From the IMG/VR virus record IMGVR_UViG_3300007734_000756: a stretch of 61,810 bases of DNA; one strand, 5' to 3'. The notes beneath the pieces were generated by a model that saw only the letters and a list, made by a program, of their open reading frames with translations, made no database searches and was not told the origin of the DNA. This stretch comes from an uncultured virus (IMG/VR IMGVR_UViG_3300007734_000756). Lineage: Duplodnaviria; Heunggongvirae; Uroviricota; Caudoviricetes. A program made the position numbers and the translations under genes. Positions within the stretch are counted from its first letter, which is position 1; each line of letters begins with the position of its first letter. Positions 9,008 through 18,705 of the stretch are shown one piece after another.

Positions 9008-9838
9008 TTAGGCCGTTGCCGTACCAGCGTAATACTCATGCTGGCCGAAGTTGAGCTTAACCAGAAGCTCGGGGTACTGGGTAAACACCAGTGTCGCGCT
9101 TGAAGCAAACGCCGCAACAGGGGCTTGATTCAGCACAACCGTCGTTGCACCAGCGTTAGCAGCGGTGGCAACAAACGAGCCGCTGGGAATGTACTGCCCG
9201 TTTGAAGCCAGACTGCCAACATCCGTACCAACCGGCAGGGCAAAAGGCAGCGCCGAGCAAGTGATAGTTTCAGTAGCAATGCTGGTAAACGTTGCAGTGC
9301 CAAGCGACACAGCGGTTTCAGGCACAACACCCAGAACACGAATGGGCAGCGAACTAGTCGTTGCTGGAGTCGCGGTCGGAGCCAGCAGGGCGTTTGCGGA
9401 GTTACCAGTGTTAGCGTTTCCGGTGTTGTTGATGCAGGCCAGATTCTGACCAATCATCGCACGAGCACCAGACGCGATTACCGTAGTAGCCGAGCAAACA
9501 GCCGCTTGGAACACCGTATCCGGATCGTCGCAAACATAAGCCACGCAATCACCAGCCGCCGTGGAGGCAACCCAGTTCTGCGAGAACTGCTTCTGTTTGG
9601 TCGTCGGATTGGTGTACGAACAACCAAGGAAGATACCAACGAGAGTACCGGCAGTACCGGTGCTAACGCTAATACGTTCCAGATTGCCGCGCACAAGCGC
9701 AACGAAATCACCGTAGAAGATGTCCGTGCCATACGCGTAAGTGATGTTATACATCCGCGTAGAACCAGCAAACACCTGACCGCCGATCAGGTTGATCGGC
9801 TTTAGCCCGTAGGGCTTGTCAACCGTGGGGTAAGCCAT
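9008..9838 (-). CDS. Capsid-associated (cement/decoration) protein
   Basis: PYGLKP...IFYGD.V...GIFLGCSYT...V.DDP; immediately upstream of the capsid gene. Confidence 0.65.
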   Translation of the reverse strand: MAYPTVDKPYGLKPINLIGGQVFAGSTRMYNITYAYGTDIFYGDFVALVRGNLERISVSTGTAGTLVGIFLGCSYTNPTTKQKQFSQNWVASTAAGDCVAYVCDDPDTVFQAAVCSATTVIASGARAMIGQNLACINNTGNANTGNSANALLAPTATPATTSSLPIRVLGVVPETAVSLGTATFTSIATETITCSALPFALPVGTDVGSLASNGQYIPSGSFVATAANAGATTVVLNQAPVAAFASSATLVFTQYPELLVKLNFGQHEYYAGTATA

Positions 9839-9855
9839 TTAAAGCTCCTAAAAGT

Positions 9856-10299
9856 TTACCGGGTCGATTTCACCGACGACTGCCGCTCTTTAAACAACGG
9901 CATCCGCGGATCGTTTTCCCGCATGAAATTGTTGTCCACTGCGCTCATTTGATTATCGGTTTGCTGCTGATAGTAGCCGTTCCGATCCTCAACAAGCTCA
10001 GTAGGAGTTTTGCAAAGCATCAATCCACCGATTACCACGTTGTCTTTGAACTTCTCGTTCTCAACAACCAGCATTTGGATCTCGGGATGATCGGACGCTT
10101 TGACAGGTTCCCAACCCTCGCGAAACTTTGAAGAAACATTCATGGGGTCCGCCGTTCCCAGCGTACTGACACGAATCCAACGAAATTCAAATCCCGGTTC
10201 TGGGTTAGGCGAAGGCAGCAATTCCGGGCGTTGCCAAGATTTGCGACGCGCAACTTTCTCTCGGGTTTCAAGTTCGCGGTTGGTTCTAGTCTCAGCCAT
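9856..10299 (-). CDS. Conserved head morphogenesis protein
   Basis: FRWIR...REGWEPV...IGGLMLCK; sits between scaffold and capsid. Confidence 0.65.
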   Translation of the reverse strand: MAETRTNRELETREKVARRKSWQRPELLPSPNPEPGFEFRWIRVSTLGTADPMNVSSKFREGWEPVKASDHPEIQMLVVENEKFKDNVVIGGLMLCKTPTELVEDRNGYYQQQTDNQMSAVDNNFMRENDPRMPLFKERQSSVKSTR

Positions 10300-11242
10300 T
10301 TTGTTTCCTCATGTCTTCAGCAACCTGTCGAGCATATTGCTCGGGAGTTAGACCTAGTCGTTTCGCAAGAGCTACAGCAGTCTTAGTAAGCACGATCTTT
10401 TTGGGCGCAGTGCTACGCGATGCTGGTGCTACAACGTTATTTCGACGCGGCCTTTCAGGCGATTCGTCCTCCGATTCAAAGGCATCGGGGAACACTTGAC
10501 GCATACGCCGGTTAATCCGGTCGTAGTATTCTTCACTTTGAGGGTCAATTCCCTCTCGAACAAGCTTTTGATGCAACCCCAGCGCGAGGCTTGTCATCTC
10601 ATCGTCAGATCCAAACCATGGATTGGATTTTTGCCAGTCCAACGCCTTGGAATCAACGGCTGGCGCGACAGGTTCAGGTTTTACCTCAACTTGTTTTGGT
10701 TGTAAAGCCGGTTTATATGCTGCTAAACGCTCTGCCTTAGCTTGAACATTGTTTAACGCAATCTGCGCTTCAACAACTTTATCCGAATCTCCAGACTCAT
10801 AAGCTTGTTTATACGCCCGTTTTGATGCCTCAAGCTCGTGACTAATCCTGGCTTTAGCCTGCTCAAGCAAAGCGGTTTGAGTTTTTGAAGATTCCTGCTT
10901 AAGTTTCTCATTCTCTTGCAGCAACTGCTGTGCAAGACGAATAGCTTCTTCTTTCTCTCTAGCCGCGGCTTCCGCTCTACGTCGTTCGTCGTGATATCCC
11001 TTAGTAAAGTGCTGAATCCGCTTACGCACTTTGTCGGAATACTCATTAAGTTCTTCCTCGGTTACCTCTGCAGGCGGCTCCGATGGAGTTCGATTACGGT
11101 CTCTTGGAGGCGTATCGTCTACAACCTCAATCTCAACCTCTTTAGATTCCGGTTCTTTTGCCTCTGATTCAGGCGTTTCTTCCGTTTTAACCTCTGGTTT
11201 GTCCGGATCCGGAAACTCAAATTCAACTTTTTGAAATGGCAT
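10292..11242 (-). CDS. Capsid scaffolding protein
   Basis: Acidic N-terminus, coiled coil, WxxxNPWFG, C-terminal ALAKRLGLTPEQYA. Confidence 0.7.
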   Translation of the reverse strand: MPFQKVEFEFPDPDKPEVKTEETPESEAKEPESKEVEIEVVDDTPPRDRNRTPSEPPAEVTEEELNEYSDKVRKRIQHFTKGYHDERRRAEAAAREKEEAIRLAQQLLQENEKLKQESSKTQTALLEQAKARISHELEASKRAYKQAYESGDSDKVVEAQIALNNVQAKAERLAAYKPALQPKQVEVKPEPVAPAVDSKALDWQKSNPWFGSDDEMTSLALGLHQKLVREGIDPQSEEYYDRINRRMRQVFPDAFESEDESPERPRRNNVVAPASRSTAPKKIVLTKTAVALAKRLGLTPEQYARQVAEDMRKQNG

Positions 11243-11243
11243 A

Positions 11244-11456
11244 TTAGTCCTTTCGCAGGGCGTTTAACTGCGCCCGAAGTTCGTCGCATTGACGCTTCAA
11301 ATGAACTACATATTCTGACTGTGTACGCTCTCGTTCTTGAGTAGTTACAATTAACCGATGTACTCGAGAACTTAGAGAGTCCAACTGATGTTTAATTTGA
11401 TTCAGTTCGTACCAGTCAAAATCAGATGTCACGCCTAGAGTTACATGTTCACTCAT
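11244..11456 (-). CDS. Hypothetical coiled-coil protein
   Basis: 70 aa; ATGA overlap with the GroES stop. Confidence 0.55.
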   Translation of the reverse strand: MSEHVTLGVTSDFDWYELNQIKHQLDSLSSRVHRLIVTTQERERTQSEYVVHLKRQCDELRAQLNALRKD

Positions 11457-11818
11457 GCTCTAGTCACTCCTCGAGGGTCAGGCACAACCGCTTCAATACT
11501 GTCGTCGTTTAACAGACGATATTCATGGCCATTGACCTTAAACCTAGTGCCCGAGTTGGGACGAAACATCACAAAGTCGCCAACCTTGCACCAGGGCCCC
11601 GTAGGAAATCTGTCTTTATCAGCATAGGCTTGTTCGCCCATGTCTAAGACAGCACCCATCATAGAGAGAACTTGTTCAGCATGGCGCGTCTGATCTGCTT
11701 TAACTAGACCTGAATCGTAAGTTTCTTCCACCTGCGGCAATGCAATTAGCAAGCGGTACCCAACTGGTTTGGGTAATTGAGCTTCAAACTCTTCCGCCGT
11801 TAACGTGTCAGTCATCAT
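11453..11818 (-). CDS. groES: GroES-like co-chaperonin
   Basis: PKPVGYRLLI...SGLV...VLDMG...KVGDFV.F...G..Y.LLNDDSIEAVV; start near 11818 is approximate. Confidence 0.85.
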   Translation of the reverse strand: MMTDTLTAEEFEAQLPKPVGYRLLIALPQVEETYDSGLVKADQTRHAEQVLSMMGAVLDMGEQAYADKDRFPTGPWCKVGDFVMFRPNSGTRFKVNGHEYRLLNDDSIEAVVPDPRGVTRA

Positions 11819-12005
11819 TTCCATCCATATAGTTTTGCGCAAGGTCTTGGATTTCACGCAATGCTAGGTCTAGACCTCGAATCAACCCGCATTGTTGTTG
11901 GTAGACTGCAAAATCAGCCGCCCCACCACTCGCAAGAAAATCAACGTGTGATTTTCTGTGTTCAAACAACTTGTCCTGCAGCACGTCAAAGACGGTCTTA
12001 GCCAC
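11808..12005 (-). CDS. Conserved small protein after the portal
   Basis: L.SG...DF..YQ..CG.IRGL motif; GTG start with GAGG RBS. Confidence 0.65.
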   Translation of the reverse strand: MAKTVFDVLQDKLFEHRKSHVDFLASGGAADFAVYQQQCGLIRGLDLALREIQDLAQNYMDGNDD

Positions 12006-12008
12006 GCG

Positions 12009-14399
12009 TTACCTCGCTTTGGATTGTGTAAGCATCTTTATCATTTCAAGCTGTGTCTTCTGTTCTTGTTGCTGAGCTTTGGTCTGCATCGCAGAACCTT
12101 CTTTCTGCGCTTCAACAACTACTTTCTGCTCTTCAATGCTCAACTTACGGTTAGCCAATTCAATGTCGGCTTGATCTTTAGCAGCTTTCCGTTGAACTTC
12201 GCTTTGTTTAATGGCCAGTTCCTGCTGCTGCATTTGAACAACCGGGTCTTGCGCCATCTGCTGAGCTTGTTGCTGCGCCGCTTGGGCTTGATGCATTTGT
12301 GTAAGCTGCGCCCCTGCCTGAGCCATGAGCCTAGAAACAGCAACTTCCAACTCCTCCGGAATTTCTTCATTTGGAGCCGGCAACGTAACGCCCAGCCTTT
12401 CTTCAAGCTGTTTTCTATAAACAAACCCTAAGTGCTCTGCTAAGTGGGCCTGCAGAGAACTCATAATTTGTTGTGCCATGGGATTCTGACCAATAGCCTG
12501 CGCAATCATTGGATCTTGCATAAACGATTGATGCGCCGCCATGTGCGCTTCGTGATCCTGGTACATAAACGCTTTCATAGGTTTACCTACCAACGCGCCC
12601 ATGTTTTCGGACATCGGATCACGCGGCTTCTGATCTTCCGCCAACGGTACAACTTTGTCCGCGTTTCTAATTCCTAGCGTCTCTAACATTTGCCTGTGTA
12701 GATACGGTAGGTCATAAATCTGCGGGGCGCTCTGTGCCATTTGAAAAGCGGCTTGATACTGCACAACCCGCTGCGCCATGGTCGTGGCATTAGGATCAGA
12801 AACAGGGATTACTTCAACTACCGCATAATCCTCTGCTCGAGCGCGACGATCTACACCTTCTGGAATGTAGTCATACGGTTCATTTGCATAGTCAGCAATG
12901 ATTTCCTTTAGAAGCTTAAACTCCTGCTTCATTGAGAAATGTACCCGCGCCTGCACTGCGGCCATCGGCTTAAGCGTACGTTCCAACAACGCCAACGTCG
13001 TACCCACCGGAGCTTGCGACGACATGTCACTAATGTTCATGTCGCTAATCGCACCCAGCCTTCTACCTTCCTGAGTAATCTTCTCCAACAACCCAGCCAA
13101 CACTTGACTTGGCTCTTTGTACGGGAGCGTCATAATGTTGTCCCGCACAGTACCGCTCGGGACATCTACGTCTCTAAACTCGCCCGGAGCAATAGGAGTG
13201 TCATCCCCCTTAATCCTCAATCCACGAGCCTTAAGACCTCCTGGAAGATTTGAAAGAGTGCCAGCGTCAACGAGCTGGCGAATGATAGAAGTACCCGCTC
13301 TGGCATACCCGCCAATAATGTGAATGAGACCCAATCCATAAAACCCAAACCCCGGTACATATATGTAATGAACAAAATGCTGCCGCTTTAGTTGCCGCTC
13401 ATCATTCGGATCCCAATTCCTCCGAATCGACAACACTTCATTCGTGCCCTTCACCACCGTAATTACATACGGCTTGGGCAAATCATCCTCGTCGTCAATC
13501 CCACGCACATTCGTGTACGTATGAATCTCATACAACGCAAACCTGTCATCAGAAGTTAGCGTGTACCCACCTTCTTCGGCTTTTTTCTTCTCTATGTCAG
13601 AGAAGTATTCAATCGGCTCACCCAACTCAACATCACGATAAAACCCATCGGCCTGCAGCTTGCGCAGTTCCGTCTTGGTTTTCCGCATCATGTGAGTTAC
13701 ACGCTCCGCCGTGTCAATGTGCGAAGCGCCATACGGGACAATCATGTCCTCAGCCGAGATATACAACGACACCTGCCGCCTCAAAATCGGGTCGTAGTAC
13801 ACCTTTTTAAACGCTGAACCCGCAAGGCCCAGGCTGTAAAGCATCCTTTCATGCTCTGACCGATACTCAACCATCCTTTCAGTCAGCTGATAATTCATGT
13901 CCGCCTTCACCCGATTGGCAGACTCTTCCTTCTCTTTGGTTATCTCTCCAATAATCTTGGACTTAACCGGCCCCTGCGCCGGAAAAGTCTCACTCATCGT
14001 CTCAGCCTGAAACCTAATCACCGCTTCAGCCAAAACCGTGGAATAAACACCGCACGCGTCATCCCAAGGCTCAGTCCGGTCCTCATACTTAAACCCAAGA
14101 ACCTCTAAACCTTTTACATATGTATCTGCCCACTCTTTTCGCGCATTTAAATCCGCTTCGACTAACTCAACCATGTCAGACGCTAATGTTTGCAAATCCC
14201 CTTCATCCAGGAATTCCGCCAAATTCGCATCAAAATCATCAACGTCCATCTCGTCCGGCATAAGAGTAATCTCCATACTCCCATCCGATAACGTCACTGA
14301 ATCCGGATTCTCAATCTCAATCTCTAATGCCGGCTCCATCGTTTCCATAATCCCCACCGGAGCAGCATAAAGACCTTTGTCTACCAAGTTCGTCGCCAT
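12009..14399 (-). CDS. Portal protein (P22-like with a long C-terminal barrel)
   Basis: 796 aa after terL; AFKKVYYD, GFYGLGLIH motifs; Gln-rich coiled-coil tail. Confidence 0.85.
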   Translation of the reverse strand: MATNLVDKGLYAAPVGIMETMEPALEIEIENPDSVTLSDGSMEITLMPDEMDVDDFDANLAEFLDEGDLQTLASDMVELVEADLNARKEWADTYVKGLEVLGFKYEDRTEPWDDACGVYSTVLAEAVIRFQAETMSETFPAQGPVKSKIIGEITKEKEESANRVKADMNYQLTERMVEYRSEHERMLYSLGLAGSAFKKVYYDPILRRQVSLYISAEDMIVPYGASHIDTAERVTHMMRKTKTELRKLQADGFYRDVELGEPIEYFSDIEKKKAEEGGYTLTSDDRFALYEIHTYTNVRGIDDEDDLPKPYVITVVKGTNEVLSIRRNWDPNDERQLKRQHFVHYIYVPGFGFYGLGLIHIIGGYARAGTSIIRQLVDAGTLSNLPGGLKARGLRIKGDDTPIAPGEFRDVDVPSGTVRDNIMTLPYKEPSQVLAGLLEKITQEGRRLGAISDMNISDMSSQAPVGTTLALLERTLKPMAAVQARVHFSMKQEFKLLKEIIADYANEPYDYIPEGVDRRARAEDYAVVEVIPVSDPNATTMAQRVVQYQAAFQMAQSAPQIYDLPYLHRQMLETLGIRNADKVVPLAEDQKPRDPMSENMGALVGKPMKAFMYQDHEAHMAAHQSFMQDPMIAQAIGQNPMAQQIMSSLQAHLAEHLGFVYRKQLEERLGVTLPAPNEEIPEELEVAVSRLMAQAGAQLTQMHQAQAAQQQAQQMAQDPVVQMQQQELAIKQSEVQRKAAKDQADIELANRKLSIEEQKVVVEAQKEGSAMQTKAQQQEQKTQLEMIKMLTQSKAR

Positions 14400-14407
14400 G
14401 TTGACCT

Positions 14408-15895
14408 CTAGTAGTAAGCTTTGCGCCTACGAAAATACATCTGTTCCTCGGGTTCGTCAGAATCTAATCTGACAAATCCACCCGACCGAAACCGAATCAG
14501 CGCCTGCGTCGTCGAATCCACTAAGTCATCATGCGGCGCATTCGGAAACGCAGCCATCTGCTCTATCAATTCATCCGCCCACCGTGCTTCTGGCGCCCAC
14601 ACTTTACCCGACTTGAATAGATCCGTCACCGAGTTCATCCGCACAAACTTGTCATTCCCCCTCACCGGCGTGTACTCACTCACCGCTATACCCATCCGCC
14701 TTAATTCAAATATCAACGGACTCCCCGCGGCCTTCGCTTCCACAATACAAGCATCAGGCTCCCACTCCTTATACTTCTCAAACGCCCTCTGCTTTAACTC
14801 CGGAAACTCTAACCTCTCCTGATACGCATCTAACAAAATAATATTTGGCTCAACCTCATCCTTGTAAAACACCCCCCACGTCGTACACGCAGAATAGTCA
14901 CTCCTCTCATTCTTCGTAAACGCCGTGTCCCAACTCTGTATCAAAAACTCACAAGGCGGCGGCTTCTCCTTATCCCACCTCTTCCACCACTCCCTCTTTA
15001 CTAACGCCCCCTCTTCCCCAGTCGGCGTCTGCTGATACTGCGCATTCCACTTCGTCGGACCAACCTCTTCCCTTAACGCCTCTAACTCCTCAATACTCCA
15101 AAACTCCGGCCACAACGGATTCCCACTCGGCATAATCGCCGGCAACTCAATTACTTCCCACTCATCCGTCTTATCCCGGTTCTGCGCATCCTTAATAATC
15201 CGACCCGTCAGATCTCTTTCTGACCAACGAGTCATCACCACCACAATCGCAGCCCCAGGCTGCAACCTTTGCCGGGGTCCAGACGTGTACCACTCATACA
15301 CACTGTCAAATACTTCCGGGTTGTGCGACGCTAACCTCGCCTCCTGCTCACTATGCGGATCATCAATAATCAATAAATCCGCACCCTTACCCGTTACCGT
15401 GCCCCCCACACCTATAGCGAAGTACTCCCCACCCTTATTCGTCGCCCACCTACCAGCAGCTTTACTGTCCTGCCTCAAAGACACCCCAGGAAACACTCGC
15501 GCGTACTGCTCACTTCCCACTAAGTTCCTTACTTTCCTACCAAACCCAACCGCCAAGTCCGCCGTGTTCGATGTCTGAATCACCTTCTTGTGCGGAAACC
15601 TACCCAGAAACCAACTCGGCAATAAAAAACTAGCAAACTCACTCTTCGTATGCCGCGGAGCCATATTGATAATCAATCGCTTTAACTTCCCCTCCGCTAT
15701 CTCCTCAAACTTCTTCGCCATCAACGCATGGTGCCGCCCATTCACAAACCCAGGCCACACCACCTTCACATACTCCATAAACTTACCCTGCGCCTTCTCC
15801 CTCTCTAACGCATTCCTATACTCCTCCACCTGCTCTAACAACTTCTGATACTCAGCAGGATCTAACTGCTCAATCAATTTCTCTAATTGTTGCAC
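14408..15895 (-). CDS. terL: Terminase large subunit
   Basis: Walker A variant MAPRHTKS, Walker B LLIIDDP, VMTRW, nuclease QSWDTA and HDDLVDS. Confidence 0.95.
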   Translation of the reverse strand: MQQLEKLIEQLDPAEYQKLLEQVEEYRNALEREKAQGKFMEYVKVVWPGFVNGRHHALMAKKFEEIAEGKLKRLIINMAPRHTKSEFASFLLPSWFLGRFPHKKVIQTSNTADLAVGFGRKVRNLVGSEQYARVFPGVSLRQDSKAAGRWATNKGGEYFAIGVGGTVTGKGADLLIIDDPHSEQEARLASHNPEVFDSVYEWYTSGPRQRLQPGAAIVVVMTRWSERDLTGRIIKDAQNRDKTDEWEVIELPAIMPSGNPLWPEFWSIEELEALREEVGPTKWNAQYQQTPTGEEGALVKREWWKRWDKEKPPPCEFLIQSWDTAFTKNERSDYSACTTWGVFYKDEVEPNIILLDAYQERLEFPELKQRAFEKYKEWEPDACIVEAKAAGSPLIFELRRMGIAVSEYTPVRGNDKFVRMNSVTDLFKSGKVWAPEARWADELIEQMAAFPNAPHDDLVDSTTQALIRFRSGGFVRLDSDEPEEQMYFRRRKAYY

Positions 15896-15958
15896 TGCAA
15901 CCTACTCTCAAAGGTGCCAAAAAATACGGGCTTTTATCTCAACCAATGTTGCGCCGCA

Positions 15959-16264
15959 TCATTCCAAATTCTTAAAGTTGATATACACCGGCCTAATCGT
16001 CCTTCCCAGCTTCCTAACCTTCTTCAATACCCCCAACTCCACCAACCTATCCACCAACCTCTGCGTATTCTTCATCCCCATCTTCCCCCTCAAATACGCA
16101 ATCTCCCTCACCGTAGGACTAAATCCATACCGCTTCCAAAACTCATCCACTATCAAAAACACCTCTTTCTGCGCCGGACTCACTATCCTCTCCATACACC
16201 CTTTATAACTACCCCCCTGCCTCATCCCAACATTTACCCTTACCCGCTTTACATAATCCTTCAT
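15959..16264 (-). CDS. LexA-like winged-HTH DNA-binding protein (no peptidase domain)
   Basis: SPAQKEVF..V.EFW...GFSPTVREIA...LVELGVL matches the LexA N-terminal domain; start uncertain. Confidence 0.7.
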   Translation of the reverse strand: MKDYVKRVRVNVGMRQGGSYKGCMERIVSPAQKEVFLIVDEFWKRYGFSPTVREIAYLRGKMGMKNTQRLVDRLVELGVLKKVRKLGRTIRPVYINFKNLE

Positions 16265-16267
16265 TTC

Positions 16268-16365
16268 TGTGCATAACCTGTGGATAACTACCCCAAAAGT
16301 GGAAATATTTCCACCCCCCACCCTATTTTTCACCCAAAACACTAGGGGGGGGTTCCGTATCCACA
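16268..16365. promoter_or_regulatory. DnaA-box cluster
   Basis: TGTGCATAA (16268-16276) and TGTGGATAA (16279-16287) fit TTWTNCACA; GTATCCACA (16357-16365) is an 8/9 match in the opposite orientation. Confidence 0.55.
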
Positions 16366-17051
16366 GGGGGTGGGGTCGCGCTAGCTAGCTTTTGCGATTC
16401 GTCAGAAATTTGTGAGTCACTGTTATTTGATGACTCACTGTGGGGATTACTATGTATTGAGCCACGGTGCGTCACGACCGCGTCGGGGGCCTCCCCACCG
16501 TGGTGGGGTCCAGCTAGCTCTGTTAGCAGGGCCTCAGCATCGCTGTTGCCGCTCTCATCGACGGTGCGCATCATGGCTTTCAACTGATTCAGTAGCTCTA
16601 GCTTGGCGTCATCGCTCTTCTTGATGACAGTAGTCTCGGTCCGATGTGTGAAAGCACTCACTTCCGTTATGGTGCCCAGAACCCGGACAGCTTGGACTCG
16701 GACCGCGGGCGCGACATCCGGATCGAGGATGGTCTGAGTCAGGGTTTGGACGATCAAAGCTCGCAAAGCCGCAGGGGTTCGATACTCCTGTGCCTCCAGT
16801 GCCGACTTGTACGCTTCGATTTCACGGGCCACGCCTGGGTGAGCCGCGAGAGCATAGGGTTCGTTGCGTAGTGTTGATGGTGCTGCCTTGGCCTTGTAGC
16901 TCTTCCTGTATGCCTCAGCCTTTGTTGCTCCCTTTGCTACTTCCCGTGCGAACTTGCGTTGTTTCGGTGTGAGTTCTTTAGATGCTGCTGCCCCTAGCAG
17001 TGCTGCGTCAGGGATTGTGTCTAGTGCTTCTATTACCTGTGACCGTTTCAT
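16323..17051 (-). CDS. terS: Terminase small subunit
   Basis: LTPKQRKFA....G.T..EAYRKSY HTH typical of TerS; upstream of terL; start at 17051 or 17093. Confidence 0.7.
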   Translation of the reverse strand: MKRSQVIEALDTIPDAALLGAAASKELTPKQRKFAREVAKGATKAEAYRKSYKAKAAPSTLRNEPYALAAHPGVAREIEAYKSALEAQEYRTPAALRALIVQTLTQTILDPDVAPAVRVQAVRVLGTITEVSAFTHRTETTVIKKSDDAKLELLNQLKAMMRTVDESGNSDAEALLTELAGPHHGGEAPDAVVTHRGSIHSNPHSESSNNSDSQISDESQKLASATPPPVDTEPPPSVLGEK

Positions 17052-17207
17052 GCTGATGCCCTTCGGGCTGAGGAAAAGGGTGGGGTACATCATAGCCCTA
17101 CCCTATCGCCCCTGTCCAACGGGTTAAAAAATATCATGGCCAAAAGTGCCCAAAAACCCCCTTGACAAGTTTAGAGTCGGGTCTCCCTCAACCAACAGGA
17201 GCACACG

Positions 17208-17402
17208 ATGAAACGACTAACACGGTGGCTACAGCCCTACAGAGTAATCGCAGTGGACGGATCCCTCGGAGTCTGGGAGCGCTGGACACACCGCGCCTGG
17301 ACACTCGATGACGCGCTGGCCTGGGCTCGCTGCTACCCCGCTGACGCCGTGATCATCATCACCACCCGCACTGGCCGCATCGTGGCCGCACGAGGAATCT
17401 GA
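17208..17402 (+). CDS. Early hypothetical protein
   Basis: AGGAG RBS; first gene of the GC-rich plus-strand block. Confidence 0.65.
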   Translation: MKRLTRWLQPYRVIAVDGSLGVWERWTHRAWTLDDALAWARCYPADAVIIITTRTGRIVAARGI

Positions 17403-17404
17403 CC

Positions 17405-17998
17405 ATGACACTCACCGTTCTCAACCGCAAGGGGATCCCCATGACCGACGATCAATTACACGCCGCTGCCCACAACATGGCTCGCATCGGCGGAGGATTT
17501 GCTAACGCCATCGCCACCGCCTACTTCCGCGCCGACTCGGACAACAAGGCCAAGCTGCTGCTGACCTTCGGCGACCTGTTCTCCCGTCACGCACTGGAGA
17601 CGGACGAGACGATCCGCGACGTGGTGAAGCAAATCCGCGAGCGCGCCAACGGACCCTGGTACGCCGTGGGCTGGGACCTAATCGCCGAGACGATGAGCGA
17701 CGAAACCCTGGAACGCTGGGTACAGAGTTACGGCACCCTTGCTGCAACCTGGGAGGCCCTGGCCAATGCCTACAACCTGCCCTCGATCCTCAACGGCGCC
17801 TGGGCGGTTCGCACGTCGGACACAGACGGACAGACGGTCCGGCAGTACAACCGCCTGGAAGAGGCCATCGCTCGCTACGGCGAAATGGCCGGAGAGACGC
17901 CAACGGATGCGCAAATTGATGCCCTGCTGGAAGGCCGTCTCGACGAGGTTGTCGCAGTGTCCGACTACGGCACCGGCGTGGTCCTGTACCGAATCTAA
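17405..17998 (+). CDS. Early hypothetical protein
   Basis: 197 aa (alternative start 17441); GGGFA.AIA.AY..AD..N motif; strong GC3 bias. Confidence 0.7.
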   Translation: MTLTVLNRKGIPMTDDQLHAAAHNMARIGGGFANAIATAYFRADSDNKAKLLLTFGDLFSRHALETDETIRDVVKQIRERANGPWYAVGWDLIAETMSDETLERWVQSYGTLAATWEALANAYNLPSILNGAWAVRTSDTDGQTVRQYNRLEEAIARYGEMAGETPTDAQIDALLEGRLDEVVAVSDYGTGVVLYRI

Positions 17999-18031
17999 AC
18001 CCCTGGGGCCTACGGGCCCCGCAACCTGGAG
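17998..18031 (+). repeat. Intergenic hairpin + RBS repeat, copy 1
   Basis: AACCCC-TGGGGCC-TACG-GGCCCC-GCAACCTGGAG. Confidence 0.8.
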
Positions 18032-18039
18032 AAGCAACC

Positions 18040-18486
18040 ATGATCGACCTGAACACCATCCTCAACACCGCCCTGACCCAGGCCCTCAACGAGGCCCTCA
18101 AGCCGCTGCTGGAGCGCATCGCCACCATCGAATCAAGTGTGCAGCACCTGGATGTCTGGAGCACAAGCACCGGCAACGTGATGACCGACCGTCTCACCGC
18201 TCTGGAAGCGCGCGTGATGGCCACCACCGATCCAGGCAGCCTGGATGCAATCTGCCACCGCCTGGACACCCTAGAGGCCCGAGAAGGCACGGTGGAAGAC
18301 CTGGAAGACACCATCGATGAACGGATCGGCACCTTCCTCGACAACGATGACTTGACGAGCCGGATCGACGTTGACGGACTAGACCTGCACCGCGCAATCG
18401 AGGAGGCCCTGGACGGAATGGACCTGACCGACATTGTCAGTGCTACGGTTCGTGACCTGCTGGCTGACGCTCGCATCACCCTCTAA
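18040..18486 (+). CDS. Early acidic coiled-coil protein
   Basis: 148 aa; GGAG RBS; heptad pattern. Confidence 0.7.
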   Translation: MIDLNTILNTALTQALNEALKPLLERIATIESSVQHLDVWSTSTGNVMTDRLTALEARVMATTDPGSLDAICHRLDTLEAREGTVEDLEDTIDERIGTFLDNDDLTSRIDVDGLDLHRAIEEALDGMDLTDIVSATVRDLLADARITL

Positions 18487-18519
18487 CCCCATGGGGCCCT
18501 CGGGCCCCGCAACCTGGAG
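18485..18519 (+). repeat. Intergenic hairpin + RBS repeat, copy 2
   Basis: AACCCCATGGGGCC-CTCG-GGCCCC-GCAACCTGGAG. Confidence 0.8.
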
Positions 18520-18525
18520 CACATC

Positions 18526-18705
18526 ATGTCCGACCTGAACCCCTACCGCATCGCCCTGTTTTCCGAGCGTCCAACGATGGACGAGGCCCTCGAGTACGCC
18601 TACATGGTTGCACGGGCGAGCGACGAGCCCAATGCTGTGATCACCGCCATCCACGTTGTTCTCAACACTGCCATCCGCCTGACGGAGAAACCCTCATGCA
18701 ACTGA
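18526..18705 (+). CDS. Early hypothetical protein (59 aa)
   Basis: MSDLNPYRIALFSERPTMDEALEYAY...; follows the repeat's GGAG; below the track cutoff. Confidence 0.65.
   Translation: MSDLNPYRIALFSERPTMDEALEYAYMVARASDEPNAVITAIHVVLNTAIRLTEKPSCN

Noticed and set aside
300..15848. Many plus-strand ORFs in the track opposite the structural genes
   Set aside because: Antisense shadows of well-supported minus-strand genes, without RBS or recognisable motifs
17162..17190. TTGACA upstream of the early region as a sigma70 promoter
   Set aside because: No acceptable -10 hexamer at 16-18 nt spacing
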